Of a DNA stretch of 64,000 nucleotides, positions 1-13,770 are shown piece by piece. Each line of letters opens with the position of its first letter. Position 1 is the stretch's first letter. This DNA is from Antedon mediterranea (Eukaryota; Animalia; Echinodermata). The stretch covers positions 30,067,648 to 30,131,647 of the forward strand of contig NC_092673.1 of the NCBI RefSeq assembly GCF_964355755.1. Reading direction: 5' to 3'. Under the pieces are notes generated by a model. It ran no database searches and had not been told where the DNA came from. It saw nothing but the letters and a program-made list of their open reading frames with translations. A program made the translations under genes and the position numbers.

Positions 1-257
1 TTACTTCTTTCGTGGCTAAAAACGATAATTTTCGGCGATGTTTTAGACCCTATATTTCGAAAACTACAAGTCAGATTTCCTAATTTTTTCTTTATTGTAA
101 TATGAATGCAACATACTAACAGATAATGTTGGTTTGGTTTTAATTTTGCATCGTTATCCCATATAAGACAATATGACTATGCAATCCTAGAACCGTATAT
201 TGATCAGGTGTATGTACAGATAATGACACTAATTTTGTCGGCAAATTGGCAATTCCC

Positions 258-293
258 GGCCCCCCCAACTTCAAAATCCTGGATACGCCACTG
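258..293 (-). mobile_element. Terminal fragment of a non-autonomous DNA transposon (CAGTGGCG..ATCCAGGA-type TIR)
   Basis: 273-293 reverse-complements to cagtggcgtatccaggatttt, matching the TIR-like start at 490-510. Confidence 0.45.
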
Positions 294-489
294 CGTGTCA
301 TGCGAGTTTGTTCCACTAAGAAATGTTGATTTATTCAAGAAACTGACAGTGGAATAGGCATTATCTAGCATGGTAACGCAAACCAGCGGTAAATATGCTC
401 AACTCATGACGATTGTTGCGCCTTTTTTTTTGGAAAACAAACCCTCTGTAAAAATCCTGGCTTAAGATTATAGCCTTACATTAATTCCC

Positions 490-532
490 CAGTGGCGGAT
501 CCAGGATATTGAAATAGGTGTGCCCAGGGCCT
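490..532 (+). mobile_element. Terminal fragment of a non-autonomous DNA transposon (cagtggcggatccagg TIR)
   Basis: cagtggcggatccaggatattgaaataggtgtgcc; CAGTGG-starting ends are common in metazoan MITEs; related ends at 273-293 and ~39196-39216. Confidence 0.45.
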
Positions 533-647
533 AAAAATAAAGAGCTGAGCTTGTGATGTCCTATCTTTTGCATTACGATTTGCGTTAGAATTAACTGTAG
601 GGGCATGAATTAAAAACATATGCTTGTACACTGCTTCATTGCTCCTT

Positions 648-903
648 GGCACGTGGCGCAGCGTGTTGGACTACTGATCGTGATATCGTGAGTTAAAATC
701 CAACGCTAGTCGTATTGCTTGTATCTTCATTAGGCAAGACAATTTACTTACGTTTGTCTCTCCACCCAGGTGTATAAATGGGTACCTGGTATAATTGCGC
801 TGATTACTAACTGCATTATAGAAGTATGTTTCCATACATCGTTAATTGGGGTGCTTACAAGTTTTGTGCAATAAGCGCTATATAAGAATGAGGTATTATT
901 ATT
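648..903 (+). mobile_element. tRNA-derived SINE, family B (CORE-like central domain, L2-like tail)
   Basis: A-box-like gtggcgcagcg, degenerate B box, central ggcaagac...ctctccacccaggtgtataaatgggtacc, tail aagcgctatataagaatgaggtattattatt; homologous copies at 5470 and 54802. Confidence 0.8.
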
Positions 904-917
904 GATTTAGAAGGGAT

Positions 918-1900
918 TTTATTTTTATTTTTTCATTTATTAAACTTGATCATTGCACATAAAAAAAGCGAAAAGAAAGGGATGAACAGGTGACAAGCAC
1001 CTCTATCCACATCCCCCCTTAACATATACATAACAGGTGACAAGCACCTCTATCCACATCCCCCCTTAAAATACACATAACAAAACAATAGTATAAATAT
1101 AATACTTTTAATTGAACTTCTGCATCAAATGTAGTTCAGATATGTTTACCTGTAACAGGTGTATATAAGTATTTCCACGAAAATTGTAGGTTTGCCAAGA
1201 TCTGTGACTGATGACTGGCTTCCAAGAATTTCATTACAGTATGTGTTGTTTTACATGGATGAACATACTAACACATAACAGTTGAAATATAACTAAAACA
1301 TCATTGAGTTTTGAGAATCATTTCCTCAATATGGCATCATATTCTTGTTACAACATTAATGACTGTTTAAAATAAATGTAAAATGTAGTTTATGATGTTA
1401 TAATAAAGGTCTTTGAATGTGCAAGATTCTTCCACAAGAGACCTACAATGTTATTCTGAATTGACTACATTTTCAAGCATTATAATCATTGTCTTAGTTT
1501 GTAGTTCTGCATGTATAGTATTACCAACTCTTAGTAATAACATTTTCCCCTCAGGTGGTATTGTATGATTTTTTCATTTTCTGTTAACTAGCTTCCACTA
1601 TGCATTATTCACATTGCTGAATATAACAGTATAATTTAAGTAAATGCTGATTGCATTAAAGCATTGGTAGGATATATTTGATTGTTTAGTAAATATTTCA
1701 GTTTATAAGGGCAAGGTCATTTGCTTAGCCTCTTATCTTTAATTTCAGCATTTCATGTTCTATTCATAAAAAAGTTGACCGATAACAATACCCATTATTC
1801 AAAACAACCGGAGCATAGCACATGAAAAATATTCATGCGGCAAGACATTGTACAATGGGTTTTTGGATAGGCAAATGATTGAAGTCATTTTAGAAGAGAC
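918..1900 (-). mobile_element. Degraded 3' end of an L1/Tx1-like LINE (tentative)
   Basis: Minus strand ends in aataaa plus an A-rich tail (918-945). Frameshifted remnants resemble ORF2 C-terminal motifs (YCYISA..WK near 1595-1635; Cys-motif/FIHC-like near 1255-1340). No intact ORF. Confidence 0.35.
985..1068. repeat. Direct duplication of ~38 bp (aacaggtgacaagcacctctatccacatcccccttaa) x2
   Basis: Two near-identical copies starting at 985 and 1032. Confidence 0.9.
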
Positions 1901-2392
1901 TATAATGTTCAAAATTTATCAGACTAGTAATAACTACATCCTTACACTAATTCATTTCAACACACCGTGATGCATTAATGCTTAATTCAAAATATTTTTG
2001 GATGAAATTTGTGGAATTCTACTGTAATACTGTTACTATAGCCCCTTTCTGAACAAATGGCCGGTAATACTCCTGATCATGCCGTTATTGTGCCCTATCT
2101 GAAAGGGTCGCAAAATGACCGTATACATCTAGTAATATTTGGTACTATACCTGCATTTTTTTTTATGCTCGCATTTATAGTATTTTATTGCGGTTAATTT
2201 AAACATTGTGCAGTCACATGTATTGCATAAAAGATGCAGACATTGTTATTGTTTTAGTTGGACTGTTTAAAGTGGCGTTCTACAGGTTATCTTCCAGTAG
2301 AGACAATAGGTGAATTTGGGATATATGCTGTACATGGTTCTAGTAATGATATCACCTCATTAGTGAGAAAACAGTATTGCATACTGATTTCT

Positions 2393-2555
2393 AAACTAGT
2401 TTGACAAAAAAAGTGTGATATGCCTAAATATGGTAGTGATATGCCCAAATATGGTAGTGATATGCCCAAATATGGTAGTGATATGACATCATGTCCATAT
2501 ATGGGCACATCACATTTTTTTTTGTCAAACAAAGTTTGATAGTGTAGACAGAATT
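2393..2555 (+). mobile_element. MITE family C (AGCTCTGTCTACACTATCAAAC TIR), left end missing
   Basis: Shares internal repeats gatatgcccaaatatggtagt and the right end gtttgatagtgtagacaga with the full copies at 40959, 46994 and 48998. Confidence 0.85.
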
Positions 2556-2600
2556 TAACATGAAGTAGCTGCAGCCCCCATACAGTACATTATTGTCATT

Positions 2601-2913
2601 TATATAACACCCATATAAATTCCTGTCATTTGATTGGACGAATGTGGGTTACATGGCGTGCAATAGTACGCACTATTCAACGATCGTTAAATAGTACTTT
2701 TTGAAACATTTTTGTGTACGAAAAAAAAAGGTCTAGATGTTATATAAAACAAATAATGAATGTTTTGTATTCGTGTAATGGTACAAATAATGGCACTTGG
2801 TGAATGATGAAAGGTTATATCAACTCAGCTTTGCCTCGTTGATATAACCTTTCATCATTCACCTCGTGCCATTATTTGTACCATTGCACTCATAAACATT
2901 CATTATTTGTATA
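2601..2913 (+). mobile_element. Dispersed repeat ending in a ~160-bp imperfect hairpin (foldback; possibly a Crypton-like non-autonomous element)
   Basis: 2749-2824 pairs with 2838-2910 around the loop tcagctttgcctc. The 5' part recurs at 57138-57251 and the 3' end recurs inverted at 42655-42688. Confidence 0.7.
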
Positions 2914-4822
2914 CTATGTGCTTTGACTGGCTCACTACAGTATGAATGAACATACTTCTCCAACATCACTTTTTTTTTGTCCTAAATAAAGGTATATTCC
3001 CCCAAAAAGTACCTAATCATGGTAGCAACATCTTTCTAAATATAGATTCATTACTTGTACTGGAATACTCTATATACAAAAGGTATTGTTAAATAAATGC
3101 CGACTCAACCTGAATTTCCACTCAAGTGCACCCATGTACAATGTGAAACTATTTTCGATCCCCGGGGAATATTTTCAAACAATGCCATTGAATTTATATT
3201 CTTTTATGTGCATATCTGAATTTATGATGGGGAGCATAGTTTAAGCATTCAGTTTGGGAAAAATGAAATCAACCTGAATAACAAGCCATGATTTTTAATC
3301 ATTCAATCATCCGAAAATAAAAAAAAAAAGGTTTTTTTTCAAGGTTATGGGCCTGCTTCAATGAGTTCACTAACAGTGTGTATTGTAAATGTAAATCCAC
3401 ATTCAATCTACAAATCTTCTTGAACTTACTATTACCCTTGACAAATTATGATGCAAGGCCAAATTAAGATATCAAAATTGCTAGGACCAAATGAGGGTGA
3501 GAGATCTCCCCTTGAAAATCTGAAGAAAAAAATCAGTATATTTATAAGTTGGAAAAGCTCTCGAAAAAATCCGTAAAAGCAGCAGCTGATATAAATGTTT
3601 TCAGCTTTAGGTTTGGGTCTTTTTGTTCATATATTAATGTGAATTTCATTAATAACCATTGAAAATGTTATCTTCTTATTGTTAAGTGTTTTAATAATTT
3701 ACGTATACATATTGGTTGAAGTTGAATTGAATGGTGACACTATTTTCATCTGTTAAAAAATTGTTCTATTTTACAAATTTTTAACAAATAAAAATATAGC
3801 TATTCAACAAACATATAACATTCATTGTGTTTTATAACGTACACGCCTTTAGTACTTTTATTCAATTTATCTGCTGCCTCTTCCACCTAGAATGAGAAAC
3901 AGTTACAAACCTCAAATTTACAAAAAGCTTAGCATGTAGTACTACCCCCAATTGCGAGAATTGGGAGAAATTAATACATAGCACATAATATGTATGTATC
4001 AACCAACCAAACAAGGTTACACTTAGGTGTGTTATGTTAATAATTAGTATTATATTTTTAGACATCTTGTTATGTTGGGTATTATTTTACTTAAACAACT
4101 GTTTGAAAACAAAAATGTTTATTTATAAATCAATGGGAGGAGTACAAAATGTAGGCTAAAGCAATAATAAGTAGGCCTATTCTATAGAATAAGTAGGCTA
4201 ATAATATTATTAGTATGACATAGTGATATGCTGGTAGTAGCAGAGCTTTGTACTCTTGGAGTGCAAGAACCTCAGAAATGAATTTTCCACTTTTTTGAAA
4301 TGTAATTATCATTGTGAAGGTTATTTGTTTATTCGACCATTATGGTTGAAGGTTGGACAATGGCCATAAGTCATGGAATACTGCTCTATTGGTCACCCAA
4401 TCAATTTTTATTGTGTGGGTCGAGAGTTTTAGTAGCACTGTGCTGTTGATAATTAATGTTAGACCTTTTCAAATATATTGTTGAAATATAATGAATATGT
4501 TTTGCCTAGCAATGTAAATTTTCTGTATTATTTTGTATTTTTACGTATAAATGTTTGTTGGTATTAACCTTCAAATCCGACTTAACATAAAATGTTTTCT
4601 CTACTACTAGTATTATGTATAATTATGGTTTTGTTGCAACAATTTACACTTTTTTTTTAGTTTTGATTATGGAATCTGATAAATAACTAAGATTACTTTT
4701 TCATACTTAAACGAGTAAAAAAAAATGTTGCAAGTTGAATATTAATCTTATCTAAATAATCTGATTGAACATCAGATACCAGCAAGAACTAATCTGCAGA
4801 ATATTACAATAATTGAGTTTAT

Positions 4823-4893
4823 CATATGTCTATATATGGACATTTCCATATGTCTATATATGGAAATTTCCATATGTCTATATATGGACATTT
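4823..4893. repeat. 24-bp tandem repeat x3 (catatgtctatatatggacatttc)
   Basis: Directly visible. Confidence 0.9.
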
Positions 4894-5469
4894 TTCAATT
4901 ATTTTTACATTTTGTATTCACCCTCTATTTATTTAACAAATTATTTTGTTCATTTGTGAAAATATGTTTATGATGGGAGATCCAATAGAATAAACAAAAC
5001 ATTGATTATAAAATAATTAAAAAGAAGAAAACTTTTTTGTAAATTTCTATGAAACCGAGTATGAACGCCTCCCCCTATCGGCCGTTGGGTGCACTTAGGT
5101 CAACAAGATTTATTATGTTCATTTTACATTTTACTTTCAGAAACCAGCTGAATTGCAGTAAGACATTTTAGAATTATGATTTGTCAAGGTAAAGACCCTC
5201 AATGCATTAACATCTGACCCAATTCAATTTGAAATGTTTCCTCTTGGGCTTTCAGATTTTCTTTTACATAAGCCCCTTTTTTCACGAGTATGATCGTGGT
5301 AAATTAATGATTTATTGTTGAACTGGAATATTATTTTTTATTTTAAAATAATAATTATGTACATAAAAAACGAAGAAAGTTGTCCTGGTTTATTATTTTA
5401 TATTTCAACTAAATTAAAAATGACAATTTGCTTTTAACATTAAAAAGTAGAGGGAATTGGGAACTTAAT

Positions 5470-5750
5470 GGGGTTGTGGCAAAGTGTGTTGGATGTTGGA
5501 CGTTGGACTACTGATTGACAGATTCGAATCCATTGTCCTCCTTGTATCAATCCTTGGACACTTACGTTTGCCTCTCTCCACCCAGGTGTACAAATGGGTA
5601 CTTGGTAAGGTCAAAACACAACTGCGTTGATCACTGGCTGCAACATTGTGGAAGTATGTTTCAAGACGATCCAAAAAACAGAGGTATTAATGTGGAGCGC
5701 TCAGAGGCTTAGTACATTAAGCGCCGCTAAAATCATGTATTATTATTATA
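5470..5750 (+). mobile_element. tRNA-derived SINE, family B
   Basis: B-box-like gattcgaatcc, ctctccacccaggtgtacaaatgggtac core, (tat)n tail. Confidence 0.8.
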
Positions 5751-6716
5751 TGAATAGTTAGATCATTCCAAATGTATGCCGAAACAGTTTTCATTTAAAG
5801 CTGACTCATTTATACACGTTTTTATATTTTGTCAATAAGGTTAAAAATGATTTCAACAGTATGGTATGCTAAGATTTATATACCATTAATTTATTAAACA
5901 TTTAAAACCACATGTTGCCCTAAAAACGATTTTATAGCTTATTATGAGTTTAACCTCAGTAAACCTAGAATATGGATAGGGCAGAGATGCTAAGGACGGA
6001 GGCTACAAAAATTATGAAAATTAAATGATTTTTGTCCTTGAGCATAAATTATATAGCATATTGTACATAGCCAGTTTCCTTATACCAATATTAAGAACAA
6101 ACTAAAAAGTGCATTCATGATTCAACAACTTAGGACCTCGAACTCTAACCTATACCGAAAAAGTTTTAATCCGAAGACTACGTCTTTGGCCGTATCACCT
6201 TGATATTTTATAGGTGTTATTCTTGCAATTAAAATGCTACTGTACGTAACCGACCGGATGTAACACATTCTTAAATTAAAACGACAGTTTTGATTTTACA
6301 GGTAACGTTAAGTAGAACAAATATTGGCGCCCTCAACACTGTTCCATTTATCATTGGTGCACTTTAATTGAACCGATTTATTTACGGTTGACCAGGTAAT
6401 TGAACGCACTTTTACTAGTGATATCATTATCCTCTTCATTCAAGTAAAAACCAACTATATTTTGAATCAATCAATTTACATTTGTTTCGAGCAACGATAA
6501 CAATGTTTTTCAAAAATGTTATTCAGTAAATAAATCATTTTTAATAACAAATCACAAACACGATAAAATGAATACAATGTGGTTTCAAACAAACAATTAT
6601 TTTTGCTATGTGGTAGTAATAACAATGGAATAATTGAATTTGAATATTAATAATGGAGTTAGAAATTTATGTTATCTGCAAGTCTATGAGACATATTGAT
6701 ATAAAGTTTGAGGTAA

Positions 6717-7012
6717 ACCACGTATATTAGTTCTGAAAAGAACTGTTGAGTTTCTCGATGTTTCAATCAATATGCTTTGATAATCCTCATATGTGACAAG
6801 AATAATTTTATTCTTCTACTATAGATCCTCAATATGATGTTGAAATAAAAATAGGGATATTACGTACACTTGTTATAACTTTTATTACACTCTTGATCTG
6901 TTATGTTAAAGGATATGTTTGTATTAAAGATATTCCAAGATGAAGGATAAAAGTATATTGATCGAAACGTTGAGACACTCAATAGTTCATTTCAGAACTA
7001 AATATATGTGGT
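6717..7012. mobile_element. Inverted pair of Penelope-like repeat ends carrying degenerate minimal hammerhead motifs
   Basis: 6717-6790 reverse-complements to ~6938-7012 (...gatcgaaacgttgagacactcaatagttcatttcagaact); third copy at 56032-56092. Confidence 0.55.
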
Positions 7013-10000
7013 GTATCGCAAACTTTATATCAACATTTGATTTCGCCATGCAAACCATCAAACCATATATATGAGACATATCTTATGCTCCTATATTTCT
7101 CCACGTTGCCTTGAGTACTACTTTGGTTGAGAATACCAGCACTATTTACATTTTCAATTTTATTTGCCATATTTTTTATTACAATGTAAATGGAACTTGG
7201 AGCTTTTCCACCAAGCTCACAAGCTTTCATAAGGCCCATTCACATTTAGGTATTTAAGCTGGCGATATGAAGCCAACTTGCCCCGGTAAATTAACCTGAA
7301 TGCGCCCATGTATGAATACACTCATGTAAATCTGTATAAAAAAACAGAGCAACAATTTTTTTTTTAATATTTGCAGAGATGGTTAGTTTTGATGGAGGCT
7401 CTTATTGTGCTAAGGAGAACATTATACTTTAAACATTATTGATTAAATAAATGTAAATTTATGTTATTTTCATTTTGAATTATTCATAATTTCATTAATT
7501 TGTGGTTTTTTTAATGCCATGCTTCTTACATTCTCCAGCTGTTTGTGACTTCCTAGCCTTTTCCTGTGACTGTATGATATTATGTATATTTATCATTATG
7601 GCAACGATACTGAGTCATTTAAGCAAGTGCTTATTTTTTGTGTGCTGTTACATAAATGTTGCAAAAGTTTTGTACTTTACTCTACGTAAAGGTGATTGAC
7701 ACCGAAAAAATATTACCCACAATCCAAGGTTAATAGTATTGTTAAAATGTGTTCACTTATCCATTATCCGTATGTTCACCTTTGTTATTGCATAACACGC
7801 TTTCATGTAATGTAATACATCCTTCAATTACATTTAAATGATAAAGTTAGTTTTAATGTAATTCAAGAATGTTATTTTACGTCAATCCGCGCGTGCTTTA
7901 CGTTTCAGTATGTAAGGATCTTGACATGGAAATGAACTATGCTTAAAATGAGGTCAATGGGAGAACCTTGCAATGCTTACGTACGGTATTTCGGTGTCGC
8001 CATAGTCGTGTTAAGTATTGTTCTCAAACTCATTAATGAAAATGAGCAGAGAGTAACAATCATGAAAATTGGAATCTATTTTCATCAGTCATATGTTATT
8101 CATTTAAGTATGTTCTTAATTGGTTAGAACTTCATTTGTATATTCATCATCATTTGTGTATTCATAATGAGGTGTTTTCCAATTTTTGTTCACATGCCCA
8201 TATTTGGAGGAATTCGTTCATGGGAAGGTTTTTGGCTGTGACCTAGAATCTCTAACCTGCCTCACTCATTCACATGTTTTAGATTTTATGATTTTATTAC
8301 ATTATTTTGAAGCCATGTGAATTTAATTACATTGTATACATTTGTTACATTCTAACATACCCACTTGCACGTTTAAAGCCTCTCGTCACAAAACATGTAT
8401 TTTCAAAAAATATTAAACGACATTTAAATTTATTAATGGAATTACATTAAACACCCAGATTATTCTACCGATTGGAGTATAATAATAAAGATATAAAAAG
8501 CGTGAAGTGAGGGCGCCAACAATTCTTCACCAATCAAACTCATGTCCACCATATTTAATTTGCGATTTAATTTGCGGTTTAAAAAGGCGGCTTTCTGTCA
8601 TTTGACCTTCGGTGCGTAGTTGCGTTCTACAGAATATTAAAGACCATTCACCCAGGTGTATAAGTGGGTACTGACGAACACTGGACAGTAGCATATTACT
8701 CAATTAAGGACAAATTTGAAAAAATTCATATATCTGTAAATAAATTTACATAAAAGATGTTTACTACCATTATAATACACATTTTATGATAATTTATGTT
8801 TCATGCATTTTAATCAATATACAAAAAATTGTTTTATTGATTTGTTTCGCATTATAGTTAGGAAAAATGAATTAATATCCAAAATTATTTTGTGGAAAAC
8901 TAAAACATGCGGTTATTAATAAAGAGGCGAATTCTCACTACTTTCACAGCGACCAACCCAACTTTATAATATGTTGTTCCTAATTCAAGGTAAAATTTTA
9001 TGCGCATTTGAATGTTCTACATTATAATATTTTTTATGCGACTTATTAAAGAGTTTGATATACGATTGTCCTGTACAACTTCATTAGTGTTATCCGTTAA
9101 AACGTAATCATGACGACGTTGAACGGTAGGAACATTTATGGATTTTTGCCTTGGGGCCCATTTATACAAATTAGTTGGATTTTTTAGCTAATGCATTAAC
9201 TATATAGCAAAGTAGCTATGATATGGTATTTTTGTTGAATTAGACATTTTCAAGTCAAAACAATATTTATATGGTTTGGAAAAGTAGTTTGACCAGCAAA
9301 TATTAATATTAAATAGTAAAGTAAACACTGCCATGTTCTTTGGACTTAAGGTTAATGCCAACAAACATGAAATAACTGTGTTTGAGTTCACAAAAAGTAC
9401 AGAATTCTTGTCACAATACAGTTAGCGTAGGCCATTTATTGTTATACTACCCCCGCTGTTTTAAAAAGATTTAAACAGGGACACGATTATTACATTTACA
9501 ATAAAATTACCGGCATAAGTTAAATAGAGATGTTTTCATTTGTATTGAGCTGGTGACCTTGAGTAGAAGGGGTCACAAGAACGTTGAACTTAATGACATT
9601 ACTAAGTCAATAGAATGTATTTAAACTTTAAACCTCTTGACCTGATGATGCTTATTAGTTGCTGGGCTACATGCTACATGCAAAATTAATAATTTGGAAA
9701 CATTAAACAAAATTTTTGTTTACTACCACTTACAATTTGTTTATAGTTTTTATTGGTAATTTTTTTTAGTTATTTTTAAAAAGTTATTTATAGAATTAAA
9801 AATATGATCTATAGAAGATAAATATTATATATGTATATTATTTCAACAGGTTGATGGAAACCGTTAGAGGGCGTACATCTGTAGATCAGTGATGTCGGAA
9901 CGCACATGTGAACCGACGTTCGTTCGTTCCCAGGGTTACTACATGAATGGTTAGAGTTCACGAACAGTTTAACATAGCACCACAAGGATGAATCATTTAA

Positions 10001-10400
10001 GTAAGCTGACGTCAAATTTGTAAATATTTTGTTATTCCAATTATTGATTATTATTGCATAATATTGATATTATTTGTGATAAATGATTTGAAATTGTTTA
10101 ATTGATTGTTATTTTATTTTCAAAACTAAGATGTTTTCTTTTTCCCCTCCCCTGTCATAAATTTTCCTTCAAATTATGAACCAGCACTACTATTCATTAA
10201 TTTGGCTTATTCTTATTAAAAATTCAGTTTTATTTTGATTGCTGGTCTATTTGAAGTCATATCTTTGACATTCTTTAACATTTTCTCTTAAAAAGCACTA
10301 ACTTAGAAAGGAACAGTAGCTTGGTGGTTAATTCCTTCCAATTTCAAGGTCCGGGTTCAATCCATGAACTATTACTATTACTAGGTTGTTAACATAACAT

Positions 10401-10687
10401 AGTGAGTGAGTGGCCGAGCGGTTAAGACAGTGGAACCGTAATTACGTAGCCATAACATCGGTTCTGGTGGTAGAACGAGTCTTCTCGGATAAGAACTATA
10501 AACCGTAGGTCCAGTGGACACATCTAGCTCGTGTGCACTTTAAAGAACCTAGTACATCTTTCGAGACGAGTAGGGGGTTACCCCGGTGTATTAGTACATC
10601 ACAGCCACTGATCACCAACTGGGCCCTCTGGGAGACCAGTCTTTGACTGAAGAGGTTACCCAGTATAAATATATATCTCAATATTTC
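10401..10687 (+). mobile_element. tRNA(Ser-like)-derived SINE, family A, with Deu/Nin-like domain; internal deletion removes the B box
   Basis: Head gagtggccgagcggttaagac; central cggataag..tataaaccgtaggtcc..aaagaacc..gagtagggggttaccccggtg resembles the Deu/Nin domain. Possible TSD aacataac at 10391-10398 and 10688-10695. Four copies in the window. Confidence 0.85.
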
Positions 10688-13600
10688 AACATAACCAGGC
10701 CTATACACAAGCTTTCTTTCTTGGTTTTTGTACTTATATTACATGAATGAGTGGATAAAGCATTATTTAATACTGTATACACGTACAACATTGCCTGCAG
10801 ATATTCTTATTAATATTTCTAACTCAGAATTTGTTATGTTGTTGTTTGGCACAGGTCCAAACAATGATGAATATGAACTCAATCATTGGAAAGAGCGAAC
10901 TATATGGGATTTAAATGTTGTATTCATGTGGATTTCTAATTAGTATTTTTTGTCCAAAAGAATTAGAGCCAGAATAGAACTCAGGGTCCTACTATTTACA
11001 AGCTACAGTGTAACAAAAATAGACTTGCTACCTGATTTACACGTAACAATGTTCACTCACCTATGTACTTAGCTACTGGGCATATACAATTAAGTCACCC
11101 CTGGATATTTTGTTTAGTGATATTTATTGCTCAGGAATTCCTAATCAAACTTTGAGCTAAGATACGGTTGTAAATATAGAATTTTTGGTACATTATCTAG
11201 TATTTAAGTATAACAAAATTGACTTGGTTAATTGCTTTTTTAGTAAAATTGATCGATACACCTGTTGGTATTATATACATTTGTTTAAAACAGAGCAAAA
11301 AAACCCTAAAAAAACCAGATTGCTTGAACACACCTAAATGTTTATGTTTGATTATCTATGTACTATGTATGCGTACCTAAAAAGTTTATCAGGTAGTCCT
11401 TGTATGTACCAGAACGTTTATCAGATACTTGTTCTATATTACTGTCTATGTGGGTGTTAAAATTTGTAAAAAGTATGTGAAGCAAATGAAATCAAATAAT
11501 GTATAATATAAAAAAGAGCTGGTTCACATGAAAAATCTTTTTGACTGCATTCACACATTAACATCAAATTTAGAACACACAACACAAACAACAAGTCCAT
11601 TACGTCCATTTGGGCAGAAAGTTTTGCTAACATTGCATTATTTATAGTATAAATACACGAAAATGAAAAAAATAACAGTCTTGTTGAGGAATAAACATTC
11701 ATAAAAAATGTTGATAATGAACAATTTCTCAGTTAATATTTGAAGTTAATATTATTTTATTATTAGTTATTGAAAACCTGTTAAAGAACAAAGATGGGTT
11801 TTTAAAATGTATAATGAACTTTGAACTTATATGTGACATGATTGGCCTATGTTGAGCATTAATTGCAGTGAATAGAAACACGACAGGAATTAGGTGTTGG
11901 GTTATGTACTGTGGTCTAAAATATGCTTCATGCTGAGATTACAAGTAAAATACATCACTTATGTTCTTCACAAAATAATAACATTACCATTCGCTGGGCA
12001 CTGCATGACGAAAATAATATATGAACAGCGGTAACCGTACTGAAGTGGTAAGGCATCACAGTCAAATGGTCAAATTTGCGTTTTTAATGACCGTTCTCTG
12101 TATTTTATGGAAACATAATGCTGTGTACTGGAATAACATAATAAAATATGATATAAATTAAGTTTGAAACTTTCTACCTGGGTTTGTTTTTAACAAAAAA
12201 TGTCATGAGCTAAGTTAGTTAAGTTGCAGACACTCTCGTGTTATGGCGCATTGTTGATGTAGCAACCCCTTGACCGATTGTGTCGAATAAATAAATAAAA
12301 AAAAAAAAAAATGAAGTCTACCATCACTTCCACAGCTAATCTCTCGTTTGAAAACGGCACATTTGACTTAAAATTAAAATGTATTTTTGTTTTAAGCAAT
12401 TTAAAAGTACTGTTTTTGCATCCCAGCTGCATTTTGACTGTTATTGATGAAACAAGTGATATTTTCTTTATTAAATACTAAGAATGATTCCATACAAATG
12501 TTTGGTTTTTTTTTCATAGTGCTTAAAAAATAAACATTTTAAATGTTAATACTTGAATGTTTTTATATCCACAAAAATGTACTAAACGTAAAACAAATAA
12601 TAGGTTATGCTCGGGGCATAACATTTCACATGAGCGCCCTCTTCATATATTATGCGGAATCGTTTTAACGACTGGCCTGGAAGGCTCATTGGTTACATGG
12701 TTATTTTTTAAATGTGTTAGAAATAGGACATGATTTACTGTGACATGACCTCAACATGATTTTTAACATTAAGGAACTTTTTATAGGAAATTGTCCCCTT
12801 CGGTTAAGACATTAATCACTCAAATCATAGCAATGAATCGATGATTTATGTCGCATTCCTTAACATTATTTGATTAATTTAAAAAAATGAACTCTACCAT
12901 GTTTTGTACATTATGTTTGACGTGACTAAAAATACTTCCTGTATAATTTGACCCTATTCAGTGACCTGCTTTAAACAATGTAGGCCTACTAACAATAGCA
13001 AATCACGGTTTCTTCTGTAATCAGAATGTTCAAAGTTTACAGCATCGCGCCCCCATACTGCAACTTTTATGGATAGTCAATTACAATATCGTCATGGGAA
13101 GATCAAAGAGTGTTGGGCTTTGGCTAAAGTTGAATAAAGTTGTTAATGTTCCTCAATGTAGCCATTGGTCGTAAATATCAAGAATTTATATAAATAAATA
13201 TGCACAGTCACTGACTTATTCTTATTTAGCTAGTAAATGTTCATGGTTATTTCCATTTTTTGTGCGTTCTTCACCTTTTTTGTGCATTCTTTAAAATTCT
13301 CTAAAAATAATTTACAATGTTTTACCAGAATGTCTCAATCTTACATCTGTGGAATAACTTAAATAATGATTTGAAAAATTCAAATACTGTACCCTTAAAA
13401 TATTTATGTGTAATGTTCTAACAAAAATGTGTCCTTGTGTTGTTGTTGTTTTGTTTACTAACTTTATATTTAAAAAAAAAATTTAACCTTGATTTAAATG
13501 TTTATTTCAATAATTTGAGTTACAATGTTATACAGCCTCGTGGAGGAACACCTTTCTGGTGAACAAGTTTTTTCCGTTGCAAAAATAAAGATATTATTAT

Positions 13601-13770
13601 TATTACCTAACGTCACTATTTTTTTAGGAAATAGTAATAGTAAAGATGTGAAAATTGCTTAGCTGGCCCTACCAGTTGTTGTTAAATAATGTTATGTTTA
13701 AATTCAATTGGAAAGCATTGTTTATAGATAGGACAATATTTTACCAACAAGTAATGTACACCTTTGCATA

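Noticed and set aside
11800-13150. Hox/Pbx-like TGATTTAT and related motifs suggesting a developmental enhancer
   Set aside because: AT-rich motifs are expected by chance at this composition; needs cross-species conservation to support.
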